64,000 bases of DNA. It comes from Antedon mediterranea. Its lineage: Eukaryota; Animalia; Echinodermata. The notes below the pieces were generated by a model, which ran no database searches, was not told where the DNA came from, and worked only from the letters and a program-made list of their open reading frames with translations. A program made the position numbers and the translations under genes. Where the stretch lies: assembly GCF_964355755.1 (NCBI RefSeq), contig NC_092672.1:15748001-15812000 (forward strand), read 5' to 3'. Positions 63,807-64,000 of this stretch are shown here, piece after piece (position 1 is the first letter of the stretch; each line of letters opens with the position of its first letter).

Positions 63807-64000
63807 ATAATAAATATTGATTGATTAAACATGCCTACTATCCTCTTTTATTACCCCAACATTATTAGAAATAAACCTTACTCATAATCGATTAATTAAA
63901 AATCATTAATCTTTAGGCAGACACAGTATTATTATCACAGGAACATATTTATCACTCTGATGAAATTTCTATATCTCTGTCCAATTATAAACATTAAAAG

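Overview
AT-rich eukaryotic genomic DNA, inferred to be from a marine invertebrate (possibly an echinoderm; not verified), made up mostly of transposable elements. There is one convincing host gene: an intronless three-Ig-domain transmembrane receptor on the minus strand (8513-9799) with an ITIM-like tail. The elements include two Penelope-like elements (PLEs), a near-complete BEL/Pao LTR element, decayed Copia, Gypsy, DIRS, Ngaro and LINE copies, SINEs, MITEs and nested Helentron-like non-autonomous elements. Two signals stand out. (1) The BEL element has no TGG tRNA primer-binding site. The 11 nt after its 5' LTR are perfectly complementary to a sequence that exists only once a GT-AG intron inside the LTR is spliced out, which suggests splicing-dependent self-priming. 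(2) An endonuclease-less, Coprina-like PLE (30878-35251) with no telomeric repeats nearby carries all hammerhead ribozyme core elements in a non-canonical, pseudoknotted strand order. All calls were made by eye without database searches, and degraded element boundaries are approximate.
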